From the IMG/VR virus record IMGVR_UViG_3300034069_002176: 64,000 bases of DNA. One strand, written 5' to 3'. The stretch is from a virus. Position numbers and translations under genes: made by a program. The notes under the pieces are model-generated. The model ran no database searches. It saw only the letters and a list, made by a program, of their open reading frames with translations, and was not told the origin of the DNA. Shown in pieces: positions 17,986 to 27,706 of this stretch. Positions within the stretch are counted from its first letter, which is position 1, and each line of letters starts with the position of its first letter.

Positions 17986-18681
17986 ATGAGTAAGTATCAC
18001 GATGTCGTTACATGGCAGAGCACAAATGGAACGTGGAGCGTCGGCTTCTACGAACGAATGAGTGGCGGTTTTAACGATGACGGCGACGACGAGTGGGGCG
18101 ATGAGTTCAACCAAAACGAATTCGAGTACGCCAAAGGTGGTTACCGTTCGGAAGACGAAGCGCTTCGATACGCGCCATACCCAAACCCAGGAGGCTACAC
18201 TTCCTATCCGCTAGATCGTGCAACTGATGCCGACCGGGCTGAGTTTGACGAGATGAAGTGGGCGTACAACAATCCCGAAGAAGCTGCCAAGAAGCACGAG
18301 CAGCAAGACTTGGATTGGCGTAAGAAGAACCTTCTTGATTCGACCATTCCCCCATTGGACACTACGGTCACAATCAAAGAATGGGACAAGCACGGTTCTG
18401 GCATTTCGTACAGCGGCAGGCTTCGTAAGGATGACAAAGGTGGGTTGTTCATCGAAGTTCTAGAAAGCAGTATGAAGACCAAGAAGAAGCCTCTTTTCAC
18501 ACCCACGGGTAGGGTTGCGAATGGCAATAAGGTTTCATCTATCGAACGTCAATTCAAGCTGCCTACGTATGGCATGCGTTCGGGAGCCTCTCAGACAAAA
18601 GCTCATGCATGTGGTCGTCCGACACCAAAGGGTCCATGCACCAGAACCACCTACGACTACGCTTGCTGGCAGCACGCCTAA
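17986..18681 (+). CDS. Hypothetical protein with C-terminal C3H zinc finger (DUF5763-like)
   Basis: Start reassigned to ATG 17986 (SD GGAGAGG); C-terminus HACGRPTPKGPCTRTTYDYACWQHA. Confidence 0.75.
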   Translation: MSKYHDVVTWQSTNGTWSVGFYERMSGGFNDDGDDEWGDEFNQNEFEYAKGGYRSEDEALRYAPYPNPGGYTSYPLDRATDADRAEFDEMKWAYNNPEEAAKKHEQQDLDWRKKNLLDSTIPPLDTTVTIKEWDKHGSGISYSGRLRKDDKGGLFIEVLESSMKTKKKPLFTPTGRVANGNKVSSIERQFKLPTYGMRSGASQTKAHACGRPTPKGPCTRTTYDYACWQHA

Positions 18682-19475
18682 GCGAAGATACCCCGTGCAT
18701 AATCGGCAGCGCCCTTGAGAACTTCAATCTTACGGGCGCTGCTGCGGTATTTGCGGGTGTTGACTTCCGTGATGATGTTGCCATCCCATCCGGTCGAAGC
18801 GAGATACTGTAAAGCCTCGGTAATTGGCTGGTTACCCTGACCAGGAGCGAGGTGTTCGTCCCACGTCTTACCTTCGTCAGAGTTCTGTTTTACGCCCCGA
18901 CCATCGCAGAGATGAATGTGGTGAAGCTTGGGCGAGAGATCTTTGAAGTTCTGAAGTGTGTCTATTCCAGAAAGGGCTGCGTGTGAGAAGTCAAACGTGA
19001 GTGCATCTGCATCGTCGGTAATCTCATCCCAGGTTGGACGGTAAATGGCGTGCTCTTTACCTCTAATTCGCCACGGGAACATGTTCTCGACGGCAATGGT
19101 AACGCCTGATTCTTTAGATGCATGGCGGACGACTGACAAGAACTCATTGGTGTATTCATGTTGCCAGCGGAATGGTGGGTGAACTACGACAGTTTCGGCT
19201 TTCAGAAGAGAAGCGAACTCAGCAGTACGCCGCAGCTTGATTTCTGGGTCTCGACCCCACACGAATGGCATAAGGATAAGTGTCGGTGCGTGAATGGAGA
19301 GAATGGGCAGGTTGTACTTCTTGGATAGCTCCGATAGGTGAACCGCATCGCGCGTCTTGTCACTACCGGTAACCATGATTTCCATACCGTCGTATCCCGC
19401 CTCCTTCGCTATTCTGAAGGAAGTCTCTACCTTCGATGGGTAGGTGCAGGATGTACTCATTCCGATTTGGGGCAT
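18678..19475 (-). CDS. Sugar phosphate isomerase/epimerase (xylose isomerase-like TIM barrel), actinobacterial type
   Basis: GYDGMEIMV, SIHAP, VVHPPFRWQ, AVENMFPW, DFSHA, HIHLCDG, DEHLAPG. Confidence 0.88.
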   Translation of the reverse strand: MPQIGMSTSCTYPSKVETSFRIAKEAGYDGMEIMVTGSDKTRDAVHLSELSKKYNLPILSIHAPTLILMPFVWGRDPEIKLRRTAEFASLLKAETVVVHPPFRWQHEYTNEFLSVVRHASKESGVTIAVENMFPWRIRGKEHAIYRPTWDEITDDADALTFDFSHAALSGIDTLQNFKDLSPKLHHIHLCDGRGVKQNSDEGKTWDEHLAPGQGNQPITEALQYLASTGWDGNIITEVNTRKYRSSARKIEVLKGAADYARGIFA

Positions 19476-19537
19476 GTGCAGCAGTTTACGCCCGAATTAC
19501 CAGGAAACGAGATATTCAGAGTTCTCGCAACTTTCTT

Positions 19538-20140
19538 TCAGAAACTAGCCATATCGGTTAGATAGTACACAGCAGCAACGGTGCCGGTGATTCCATACAG
19601 CAGCCAAACGAACCAAGATAGCGCTCGTGCAAAGATGAAGAATTTCCAGTTGCCTCGATGATTCCTCATAGCCCATCGTTCGGTCTTGGCGACATCACCG
19701 TAAATAACGTTCCTGTTCGCCACTATCGAGATGATTGCAGCAGGAACCAATAAGAAAATCACTACTACGGCATCCGAAAATGAGGGAATGAGGAAACTTA
19801 GCAGCCCGATAATCGCGATGATGACAAGGGAGATATTGAGAAGTAGCGTGATCTGCTGAGAACTCGTGTTGAATCGCATTGCGGCATGATTCACAACCAT
19901 CTTTTCGCTACGCGACTTTACGGATTTGACAACCGTGTAAGCGACAACAAAAACTGCGTAAGGACCACCCAACAAGGCAATGGGATAACCGACGAAAGCT
20001 ACCAAAAAGAAGCCGATACCGGACAAAGCGGCGATGATTGGAAGTGCCAAGAACACCACGGCGGCGGACTGTCCCCAGTTTAATCGAGGATTTAGTTCAT
20101 AGCGTTGACGAGGGTATAGGTCTTCATCAATGTCTGTCAT
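19538..20140 (-). CDS. Multi-TM membrane protein
   Basis: About 5 hydrophobic segments; leaderless -10 TATGAT 6 nt before the ATG. Confidence 0.75.
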   Translation of the reverse strand: MTDIDEDLYPRQRYELNPRLNWGQSAAVVFLALPIIAALSGIGFFLVAFVGYPIALLGGPYAVFVVAYTVVKSVKSRSEKMVVNHAAMRFNTSSQQITLLLNISLVIIAIIGLLSFLIPSFSDAVVVIFLLVPAAIISIVANRNVIYGDVAKTERWAMRNHRGNWKFFIFARALSWFVWLLYGITGTVAAVYYLTDMASF

Positions 20141-20333
20141 GACAGAATCATACCAGTCGCATCAATTGGATACACTGGTTGTCTCTCCGCGTCAAGACAA
20201 AGATAGACAGGTATCAGAACCCATCGCTGACGGTCATTTTTCAAATGAACCCTAGCTGAGTGTTGCTAATGAGATATTGACTTTAGGGCAGGGGTTAGAT
20301 AAAGTCCCACCACTTACGAAAGGTACACAACCC

Positions 20334-20654
20334 ATGTCTGATGTCAAGAAGCAGAAATACGGCACTGTTGGATACATCGTTGGCTACGACGGTCAGATCG
20401 TTGGAGGCGACGTTCCCAAGGGTAAGTGGGTGCTTCCTATCGGCGGAATCAATGTCACGGCGGAATTCCATTCCACAGAAGCAGAGGCGCTTGCTGAGTT
20501 GGGCGACCGTACCGAGTACCAGCAGATGTCACTCGGGGGAATGAAGAGCTACGTTCTCAAAGTGCACGAAATTAAGCTCAAGTGGTTTCCGTTCGCGGAA
20601 GGTCACATTGGCTACCGCAAGCTTCAGGATGCTCGAAAGCTCGTCGCTGCGTGA
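20334..20654 (+). CDS. Hypothetical protein
   Basis: Start reassigned to ATG 20334 after SD GAAAGG (MSDVKKQKY). Confidence 0.7.
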   Translation: MSDVKKQKYGTVGYIVGYDGQIVGGDVPKGKWVLPIGGINVTAEFHSTEAEALAELGDRTEYQQMSLGGMKSYVLKVHEIKLKWFPFAEGHIGYRKLQDARKLVAA

Positions 20655-21049
20655 GCGCGATTGCTGACGGTACAGCCGTCAAAGTACGTGCCACCCCGCT
20701 CGCCAAAGTAGCCTTCGTTGTTGGTGTTCTTGCAACTTTGTTCGATGCTGTTGCATCCTACATCAGCATAGTCGCCACCGGCATCGCAGAAGAGGGTAAC
20801 TTCCTTCTCAACAAAGTCTTCGACTTTTTTACGCACGAACTCGGTACCTCTACGGCGGTAGGTTTCGGTGTCACTATGTCAATTAGGGCGGTCTTCGGAG
20901 TTCTTCTTTTTGTTGCTCTCTACAGCATCTCTCGTGATGGCAAAAAGGCTCGTGAGAAGAAGTTCGCTCGGGTTGGTCTTATTGTTGCAGCATCCATACT
21001 TGTCCTACTTGCGTGCTATCACGTCTATGGCATGGTTTTCCTAGCCTAA
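20651..21049 (+). CDS. DUF5658-like membrane protein
   Basis: GTG 20651 overlaps the upstream TGA; LFDAVASY..GIAEEGNFLL pattern plus TMs. Confidence 0.6.
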   Translation: MSAIADGTAVKVRATPLAKVAFVVGVLATLFDAVASYISIVATGIAEEGNFLLNKVFDFFTHELGTSTAVGFGVTMSIRAVFGVLLFVALYSISRDGKKAREKKFARVGLIVAASILVLLACYHVYGMVFLA

Positions 21050-21077
21050 TAGCTTCACAACACGATAGACTCCCGAC

Positions 21078-21410
21078 ATGTCAGAGAATAGTAGCGCAAT
21101 TGCGCCCATCGAGCGGCTGGGGTACCTCTTGGTTTACCGAGGTTGGTTCCTGGTACTTTTTGGAGCCCTCGCGCTTCTTGGTGCTGTCGCTGCGGCGTTC
21201 ATCATCACCGAAATGGTAACGACTAATTTTATCACTTACACACGCCCTATTCTGCTTGGGCTGCTCATCGATGGCATTCTGATGCTTGGTGCTGTCGCCT
21301 GGGGCGTGTCTACCGAAATCAGCATTTTCAAGCTTCGCAAAGAGATAGTTGCATCCGGTGAATACAACGAGTATTTCGATGACAACGGAGCAGTTATCGC
21401 AGAGAAATAG
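21078..21410 (+). CDS. Two-TM membrane protein
   Basis: Two hydrophobic segments; -10 TAGACT 6 nt before the ATG. Confidence 0.7.
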   Translation: MSENSSAIAPIERLGYLLVYRGWFLVLFGALALLGAVAAAFIITEMVTTNFITYTRPILLGLLIDGILMLGAVAWGVSTEISIFKLRKEIVASGEYNEYFDDNGAVIAEK

Positions 21411-21449
21411 CAAAAGTCGCCTCCCCTCATCAGAGGCGACTTTTGCTAT
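21407..21449. terminator. Bidirectional terminator
   Basis: 17-bp stem ATAGCAAAAGTCGCCTC / GAGGCGACTTTTGCTAT between convergent genes. Confidence 0.8.
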
Positions 21450-21973
21450 TGCGAGATGTACTGGGGTCGAATGAGGCTGCTGAGCCAGACTCCGTTTGCT
21501 GCCTGGTAGAAGACGGTTCCTTCTGCATGTGCCTTAGCCGCGTCAATCGTGAGGATGATCGCCTCACCTCGCCGCTCGCCTACCTGGGTGGCGATAGCAA
21601 CACTCTCTGAGAGGTGAACATGCGTACGCGATTTAGGAATGAGACCCTGAGCAAGAATGGACCACAAGAACTTCTCTACCGTGCCGTGGTACAGGATAGC
21701 AGGAGGAACAGCAGGAACGAGTCCTAGGTCAACGGGGTGAGAATGCCCCTGTACCGCACGTACCTGTCCGCGTTCGATCTGGTATCTACCCTTGGCGTCG
21801 GCGGCGACAATCTCTCGGACCTGCTTCTCGGTCACCTCGGTTTTGGAATGGGTAGTCAGCGCTACAACGACTTCGCCCATCTCAGCCCATCCGGCTTCGT
21901 TCACAAAATCGGCGCTGTGGCGCAGAAGGAACGACAAATGACGTGACAACGACTCTTCGTTTGTGCGTTTCAT
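21446..21973 (-). CDS. kptA: RNA 2'-phosphotransferase Tpt1/KptA
   Basis: LSFLLRH, KGRY, RAVQGHS, LYHGT, RTHVHLS, NGVWL; start trimmed to ATG 21973. Confidence 0.93.
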   Translation of the reverse strand: MKRTNEESLSRHLSFLLRHSADFVNEAGWAEMGEVVVALTTHSKTEVTEKQVREIVAADAKGRYQIERGQVRAVQGHSHPVDLGLVPAVPPAILYHGTVEKFLWSILAQGLIPKSRTHVHLSESVAIATQVGERRGEAIILTIDAAKAHAEGTVFYQAANGVWLSSLIRPQYISQ

Positions 21974-22121
21974 AATCAGTTCCTTTCTGTGTAGTTCAAT
22001 AGTAGCGTAATCAAGATGATTTGACAAGCGTCAAGGCGGGTAATCTTTTCTGAGAATTCTGTGTATGTCAGCAGTACGTGATCAATAACGCCTTACATTC
22101 CACCAGCCGCATGTAAGGTGG

Positions 22122-22547
22122 ATGAATAACCAACAACTGGAGGAAATCATGAACGATCTCAAATCTAAGGCGACATCATTCGCAAAGCCCTACATCGACA
22201 AGAGCATCAAGACCGGGCGGACGACTCAGCTACCCTTTAAGGCTCATACCAGCACCAACGGTAAGCTCGGTATCGCCCTATCGTTGCTACTCAGTAGCGC
22301 AGCACTTATCGGCGTTACCATCTTGTTCACGCACGGTGTAGCCAAGCACGCTAGCAACCGCTACCGCAATGCTACCGATGGAGCGCTTGACAAGTTGGGT
22401 CACAAGGCTCACGAAAAAACCGAAGAGGTCAAGTCGGTTGCTGCTGACAAGGCAGAGGAAACCAAGGGCAAGATTGCTGACGCAAAGGATAATGCCAAGC
22501 AGGCTACTGCTCAGGCAAAAGAAACTGCCAATAAGGCGACTTCCTGA
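22122..22547 (+). CDS. Single-TM protein with Ala/Lys-rich LEA-like repeated tail
   Basis: TM LGIALSLLLSSAALIGVTILF; tail AEETKGKIADAKDNAKQATAQAKETANKA; start may be a downstream ATG after GGAGG. Confidence 0.65.
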   Translation: MNNQQLEEIMNDLKSKATSFAKPYIDKSIKTGRTTQLPFKAHTSTNGKLGIALSLLLSSAALIGVTILFTHGVAKHASNRYRNATDGALDKLGHKAHEKTEEVKSVAADKAEETKGKIADAKDNAKQATAQAKETANKATS

Positions 22548-22585
22548 CTTCCTCATCGTGTAGCATCCATTCACAAGGTGGATGA

Positions 22586-23464
22586 TTGACGATGAAGAAT
22601 TACGTATTTGGCGATACCGGTGGGCACGCACCGCAACTTTTTGGCGCTCTAGAAGAACTAGGCATTGATTGGAAAACAGGGGTTATTCCTGATGGGGTGC
22701 GAATAATTCACTGCGGAGACCTTATTCACAAGGGTCCGAACAGTAAGGTTCTTCTTGCTGTCGTGGATACACTGATTAGGAATAACCCCGGTCAGTGGAT
22801 TCAAATTCTCGGAAACCATGAGTTCCAGCACATCAAGGGTTCACCGTACTTTTGGCGTTGCGACTGCGACCAAGAAGATGTGAACATCATCAATGAGTGG
22901 TTCGAAGAAGGACTTGCTACAGCAACATTTGCGGTGGATTCCGCTGTAAGTTTTGATGTTGCTGTCAAGCCGGTAGAGGCATTCAAACCCGAAACTGGTA
23001 TCTTCTTCTCGCACGCTGGTCTCACCCGGCGTTGGTGGCAGACTTACTTCAAGAATCAAACTCTCAAGGGTGGCTCCGACTTCTTGAATCGTCAGGATGT
23101 CTACATGCTTACCCAGCCGGGTGAAATGTTGACCGGTAGAGTGAATTTAGAAGCTGGTCCTGTATGGGCTACTGGCAATAACGAGGTTTTCAATAGTTGG
23201 GTAAACCCAGATACGGGAAACGTCATTGATATGCCTTTCATTCAAGTACATGGACATACTTCCTCGTATCTCTGGAAAGCGCATCGTTGGTGGGACAGAA
23301 AAGATCCTGAGTTCCGTCAGTTCAAGGCAATGACCAAGCTAGATCAGAAAAACCGGGCGGTGGTTACAAGCATGGCTCATGGAACACTGGTCGGTATCGA
23401 CCCCGGATACAACACCACTGCGGATACTCAGATACAGCCTTACATCTCATTCGCAACCAAATAA
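22586..23464 (+). CDS. Calcineurin-like metallophosphoesterase
   Basis: GDTGG, GDLIHKGP, GNHE, SHAG and GHT motifs. Confidence 0.88.
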   Translation: MTMKNYVFGDTGGHAPQLFGALEELGIDWKTGVIPDGVRIIHCGDLIHKGPNSKVLLAVVDTLIRNNPGQWIQILGNHEFQHIKGSPYFWRCDCDQEDVNIINEWFEEGLATATFAVDSAVSFDVAVKPVEAFKPETGIFFSHAGLTRRWWQTYFKNQTLKGGSDFLNRQDVYMLTQPGEMLTGRVNLEAGPVWATGNNEVFNSWVNPDTGNVIDMPFIQVHGHTSSYLWKAHRWWDRKDPEFRQFKAMTKLDQKNRAVVTSMAHGTLVGIDPGYNTTADTQIQPYISFATK

Positions 23465-23469
23465 CAGTC

Positions 23470-23496
23470 AACGCCCGGATGGATCCGGGCGTTTTC
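23470..23496 (+). terminator. Intrinsic terminator
   Basis: AACGCCCGGAT / ATCCGGGCGTT followed by a T run. Confidence 0.75.
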
Positions 23497-23557
23497 TGTA
23501 TGGTCCCAAGTTGATTCTCACTCAATCTTCTGCTAGCGTGAAACAAGGAGGTTCAGT

Positions 23558-24367
23558 ATGCTTGACTATCAGTTCGACCGGACGGTCAGCGTGAGCTTTG
23601 TGAATTCTCTTATCGAAGGCAACTATCAGTTCCCTCGCGCGCATATTCTCGAAAAAGAGGCAGAACTTCAGGGGCTTGATACAAGCTCGCTCGGCTGGCT
23701 GTTCGCGCTGGGCGAGTTCGGGGATGTCAACTACCAAAAGGTGTTGCAAGCTAAGCAGATTATCGGTGGAGTCAAAATAGCCGAAGACGTATGGCGTAAC
23801 AACATTGTTATGCGCAACAAGATTCATGCAGAATTTACCTTTCAATACCTCCCCTGGCGGCTTACTGATGTCAGCGACACACAAGGTGTACCAGTCGAGC
23901 ATGATTTTCTCCTTGCTGTAGCTGCGTTATTCGGAACTCCTGAGCAGCCGACACCTTTACAGTTCTGGATGTGTTTTGTAGAGACACGCACCGGGGACCA
24001 GGCGTGGTCTAAATTCGTAACAAAAGACACACTCAGTGGCAGTGACATCATCTACGCATTTGACTCTCTGCAATGGTCAGGAGAGTTTCGTTACTGGACG
24101 CCGAGCCCATCCGAGATTGAATCATTCAATGCGCTTGTGGATTTCGATATCGCGCCAAGAGACGCATTCCTGTGGAACCTTGTGATGTGGGAAGATGATA
24201 CTCCCGCTTTGCCTCGGGATGTAGCCGGAGTGATAGCAGCAGGAATCACCCCTCGGCAGTACCGGTCGTTTGTTGCCAATGGCATTGAAGATGCGAGTAG
24301 CATTATCACAATGGTCAAGAATGGCATCGATGTAGAACTCGCGGGAAACTTTCTCAATCAGGCTTGA
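23558..24367 (+). CDS. Hypothetical protein with shared C-terminal GI..NGID motif
   Basis: SD AAGGAGG; AAGITPRQYRSFVANGIEDASSIITMVKNGIDVELAGNFL. Confidence 0.8.
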   Translation: MLDYQFDRTVSVSFVNSLIEGNYQFPRAHILEKEAELQGLDTSSLGWLFALGEFGDVNYQKVLQAKQIIGGVKIAEDVWRNNIVMRNKIHAEFTFQYLPWRLTDVSDTQGVPVEHDFLLAVAALFGTPEQPTPLQFWMCFVETRTGDQAWSKFVTKDTLSGSDIIYAFDSLQWSGEFRYWTPSPSEIESFNALVDFDIAPRDAFLWNLVMWEDDTPALPRDVAGVIAAGITPRQYRSFVANGIEDASSIITMVKNGIDVELAGNFLNQA

Positions 24368-24392
24368 CAAAGTAGCAGTGCAAGATTAGTGT
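24364..24392 (+). promoter_or_regulatory. SigA-type promoter
   Basis: TTGACA-N17-TAGTGT upstream of 24414. Confidence 0.6.
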
Positions 24393-24413
24393 AGTAAATG
24401 GAAAGGGGACATC

Positions 24414-24794
24414 ATGTTCACAAAGACCAAATCTCACGTCGCCAAGGCTATTGGCGGTCTCGCTATCGGTATCATCTTCGCGTTCATCCTCAGCCTCATG
24501 GTCGGGATGCAGGACACCACGCACTATAACGTCATGGGCATCACGATGCCGTGGTGGTTCTACCCGCTCTGTGCGCTCGATTCCCTTCCCTTCATCTATG
24601 GCGGCTTCCATGCGCTGCTCACTGTCGTGTCGGCATGGGTCGAGTCTCGCGTTCACGCTGATCGGGAGTACAACGGAGCCGAGGTCGAGCCGCAGCGTGT
24701 TCAGTTCGAGGTTTCCGACCTCGCTGATGAGGACATCTACGACAGTTCTATCGAACCCGATGTGTATGACCCGCAGAAGGCTCTCCAGCGCTAA
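24414..24794 (+). CDS. Two-TM membrane protein
   Basis: Two TMs, acidic tail, SD AAAGGGG. Confidence 0.75.
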   Translation: MFTKTKSHVAKAIGGLAIGIIFAFILSLMVGMQDTTHYNVMGITMPWWFYPLCALDSLPFIYGGFHALLTVVSAWVESRVHADREYNGAEVEPQRVQFEVSDLADEDIYDSSIEPDVYDPQKALQR

Positions 24795-24806
24795 ACATCA
24801 TGCTTG

Positions 24807-24840
24807 GAAACCCCGGTAATCTGATTACCGGGGTTTCTTT
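24807..24840 (+). terminator. Intrinsic terminator
   Basis: GAAACCCCGGTAAT / ATTACCGGGGTTTC followed by TTT. Confidence 0.8.
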
Positions 24841-24855
24841 GTGCCGCTCGGACAA

Positions 24856-24876
24856 GTCGGTTGGTTCCGCTACACT
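24856..24876 (+). promoter_or_regulatory. Class II promoter GTC-N12-TACACT
   Basis: Directly after a terminator, upstream of operon 24900-26285. Confidence 0.7.
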
Positions 24877-24899
24877 GGTAATTACGAAGGAGATTCATC

Positions 24900-25736
24900 A
24901 TGCCAGGAAAACTCGTACCCACCCCGGTCACCGACAAGAACGGTAAGCAGACGACTGTGCACAAAAAATCAGGAGTATCGGTAGGCAACAATCGAGTTGC
25001 AGCAGTTGGCAACCCCGCCAAAGACAAGCGAATTAAAATAGCCAACCCTTACGGTTCTGAAAAGATCGAAGTTGGTGCTATCGCTGGTAGTGATTCTCAG
25101 AAAATCTATCTTGATGGTCTGGCAATTGGCAGTGTTGAGAAGCAAGAGGTCAACATCAACGTTGGTGGTGGAAAGCGCAATTACGTCGTCAAGACAAATA
25201 GGACCAACAGATGGTTTTCGACTATCCATGATGCTGACTCGGATGTAGTTGGCGAAGCGACTCAATCGTTCTCAAACGGAGACACCACTCGTATTAGTGC
25301 AGTCCAAAGTTACGTTCGAGGTTACTACTCGAACCTTGCTGAGAAAAAGATCGCTGATGAATTCGCAGAGCGCGGAGGCGAAGCATTCAAGGGCAAGTAC
25401 GACAGCACGATTACATTCAGGGATAGAGAGTTCAAAGTCAAGGGTCAATACGCGTTAGGAAGCTCGCTGGGATACGGTCGCCACGTACCGCAGAACAAGC
25501 TCAATGTTTACTCCAACCTTGGTTCGTACGTCATCGTTCTTGACGGTGAAAACAGTACGGTATCCTTCACACAGGATAGAGGTAGAGAGCCCGCTATCGT
25601 TTTCCCACTCGATGCAGTGAACGGAATCATCGAAGATCCTGCTTACGAAAACGACACCTTCCACACCACTTTGAAGACTAACGAGTCGATGCTGTTCTCT
25701 CACGCTCAGGGTACACTTCATCAAATGTTCGGTTGA
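24900..25736 (+). CDS. DKNGK-leader protein, unknown body
   Basis: MPGKLVPTPVTDKNGKQTTVHKKSG; SD GAAGGAG. Confidence 0.85.
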   Translation: MPGKLVPTPVTDKNGKQTTVHKKSGVSVGNNRVAAVGNPAKDKRIKIANPYGSEKIEVGAIAGSDSQKIYLDGLAIGSVEKQEVNINVGGGKRNYVVKTNRTNRWFSTIHDADSDVVGEATQSFSNGDTTRISAVQSYVRGYYSNLAEKKIADEFAERGGEAFKGKYDSTITFRDREFKVKGQYALGSSLGYGRHVPQNKLNVYSNLGSYVIVLDGENSTVSFTQDRGREPAIVFPLDAVNGIIEDPAYENDTFHTTLKTNESMLFSHAQGTLHQMFG

Positions 25737-25739
25737 TAG

Positions 25740-26285
25740 ATGACGCGGGTTCTCACACCTATCACTGATAGGAACGGCAAGGCAACAAGGGTCTGGAAGA
25801 ACCCTCAAATAGGAGCGCCACCGCGCACCGAAATTGTTGCCATTTCTCAAAGTGCTGATGGGTACGATAGCGACTACGAATATGCCATCAAAAAGCTGAC
25901 CATTGGTGAGATGGCAGAAGAGAACGCCGTTCCACTGTTTGAATCGCTCGTGGAACAGTACGGAGAACCTCAGTGTGGTCGCACACGTGCTGTGTTCGAT
26001 AGAGGGGATGGCTACGTCATCAAAATGGCTATCGACTACGAGGGTCAGTCAGCTAATGGCTATGAAGCATCCTGTTACGAAAAACAAGACGAATATTCGT
26101 ACATTCCAGTTGCTCAATGCTTCATTGAAATGAGTGGCAATGTTCCACTACTGATCATGGAAAAACTTGATGTTGATACCGCGCAGGGTATGAGTTACAG
26201 AGACTTACCTCAGTGGGTTGGTTCGGTAGATTGCAAACAAGTCGGTTTCAATTCTGCGGGTGAACTCGTCGCGTTCGACTTGTAG
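25740..26285 (+). CDS. DKNGK-leader minimal protein-kinase-like protein (paralog of 42366)
   Basis: MTRVLTPITDRNGKATRVWKN; CGRTRAVFD..VIK..EG..AN..E, LLIMEK, DCKQVGFNSAGELVAFDL. Confidence 0.75.
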   Translation: MTRVLTPITDRNGKATRVWKNPQIGAPPRTEIVAISQSADGYDSDYEYAIKKLTIGEMAEENAVPLFESLVEQYGEPQCGRTRAVFDRGDGYVIKMAIDYEGQSANGYEASCYEKQDEYSYIPVAQCFIEMSGNVPLLIMEKLDVDTAQGMSYRDLPQWVGSVDCKQVGFNSAGELVAFDL

Positions 26286-26332
26286 CTCTGATTCTTCTCC
26301 CACGTCACATTTCCCTTGTTACGATACCCAGC

Positions 26333-27088
26333 ATGGCTGAGTCGGTACGCAAGAGAAAGAGAACCATCTCTTTTAGCACGCCCGCTTTACGAGGCGATAA
26401 AGGTCTTTCCACTCCGGTAAAAACCGGCAACATCGCGACAAGTGACAGCACAATATCCATCTATCCGGTAAAGCGAACTTCCACTCTCGGGATAGTCCTT
26501 CTCGTTATAGTCATGATTGCATTCGTTCCAATCATCATCTTCTCGTTAATTCAAATTCCATTTCATGATCTTTTGTTCAAGACGGTTTTGGCATGGGATG
26601 GCGGCGCTCTTGTTATCGTTCTGCCTATTCTGCTCTACTCACTCATGCAAGACGGAAATCGAATAGTAGTATCACCGCTGCGAAGTCACATCAAGTACCA
26701 AAACGCCTTCAATTCGTCAGTTTCGTTTTATTACGGCGACAAGACGGACGCCAACTTCTCCATTGTCTATTTCGCCAATTCGACAGCGCAGACGCGTTTT
26801 ACGAAACATGGTTGGGCTGGGTTCTATCGTGATAACGAGTTGATGTTCCGCCTTGATATGGAACGTTGGGATGTTGATGATTTATGGTGGATTTCGGAAA
26901 ACATTCCAACGAAAATCATGGTCATCCATCAGAAAACAGGATTCAAATACATCGAAAAGAAGTTCCATAACTACTTCCCCATGTTTGCTGTAAAGCCGGT
27001 ACTCTCTGGTGCGCTTATCATCCTAGGCATCGCGGGCGGTCTACTGATCGAAGCCATCTTGTGGTCCATCGCCTTCCGTGTTCTTTAA
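26333..27088 (+). CDS. Membrane protein (3 TM)
   Basis: Two N-terminal TMs and one C-terminal TM. Confidence 0.75.
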   Translation: MAESVRKRKRTISFSTPALRGDKGLSTPVKTGNIATSDSTISIYPVKRTSTLGIVLLVIVMIAFVPIIIFSLIQIPFHDLLFKTVLAWDGGALVIVLPILLYSLMQDGNRIVVSPLRSHIKYQNAFNSSVSFYYGDKTDANFSIVYFANSTAQTRFTKHGWAGFYRDNELMFRLDMERWDVDDLWWISENIPTKIMVIHQKTGFKYIEKKFHNYFPMFAVKPVLSGALIILGIAGGLLIEAILWSIAFRVL

Positions 27089-27148
27089 AGAACGGCGTTG
27101 TCGATGTTGCCGTGATAATCTAGCACTTCCGAACAGAAAGAATATGTC

Positions 27149-27280
27149 ATGACCTTCACCGAATGGCTTGTCTCGCAGACTAGCGCGTTGATTGACCTTG
27201 GGGTAGCAATCGTGTTCGTGGTCGGCGTTTTTCTTATTGGTCACGACAAAGCTAAGCGTCGGCGTCACCAAAACCGCTGA
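27149..27280 (+). CDS. Small single-TM protein (43 aa)
   Basis: MTFTEWLVSQTSALIDLGVAIVFVVGVFLIGHDKAKRRRHQNR read by hand; GAAAG upstream. Confidence 0.5.
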   Translation: MTFTEWLVSQTSALIDLGVAIVFVVGVFLIGHDKAKRRRHQNR

Positions 27281-27355
27281 CCTTTCAAGATTTCGGTATT
27301 CCCTTTTTGGTTCTTGCGTGTTAGTCTGACGAAAATCTGAACCGAAGGAATAACC

Positions 27356-27697
27356 ATGCACAAGGCTAAAAAGCCTTTCTTTCTGTCCCGGCACCGACTA
27401 CTGATCTTAGCGATCATCTTTTGGGCTGCTGTTTGGGGTGCGGTCTACCTTCTTTTCTACACCTTCCCGTACTTTCTCAACACCTTCCACTATGACTCAT
27501 CTCAGGCGTCTATTGCTAGTCTTGGGGTGGTTGTTGGACTCATTGCATTCGCTCTCGGAACAATTGCTAGCTTGCTTGATGGCGTCGTCAGAGACCGCCG
27601 TCGTGTTCGACAGCAGATGAGACTTACTGTTGTTCCTCGGGACCGTATTTATGTTCGTCCCACTGAGAAAGTTGACAAGGATACTATTACCCAGTAA
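27356..27697 (+). CDS. Two-TM membrane protein
   Basis: SD GAAGGA; two TMs. Confidence 0.75.
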   Translation: MHKAKKPFFLSRHRLLILAIIFWAAVWGAVYLLFYTFPYFLNTFHYDSSQASIASLGVVVGLIAFALGTIASLLDGVVRDRRRVRQQMRLTVVPRDRIYVRPTEKVDKDTITQ

Positions 27698-27700
27698 GGT
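27672..27700 (+). promoter_or_regulatory. SigA-type promoter, leaderless start
   Basis: TTGACA-N17-TAAGGT, 6 nt before ATG 27707. Confidence 0.65.
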
Positions 27701-27706
27701 GGGCTT

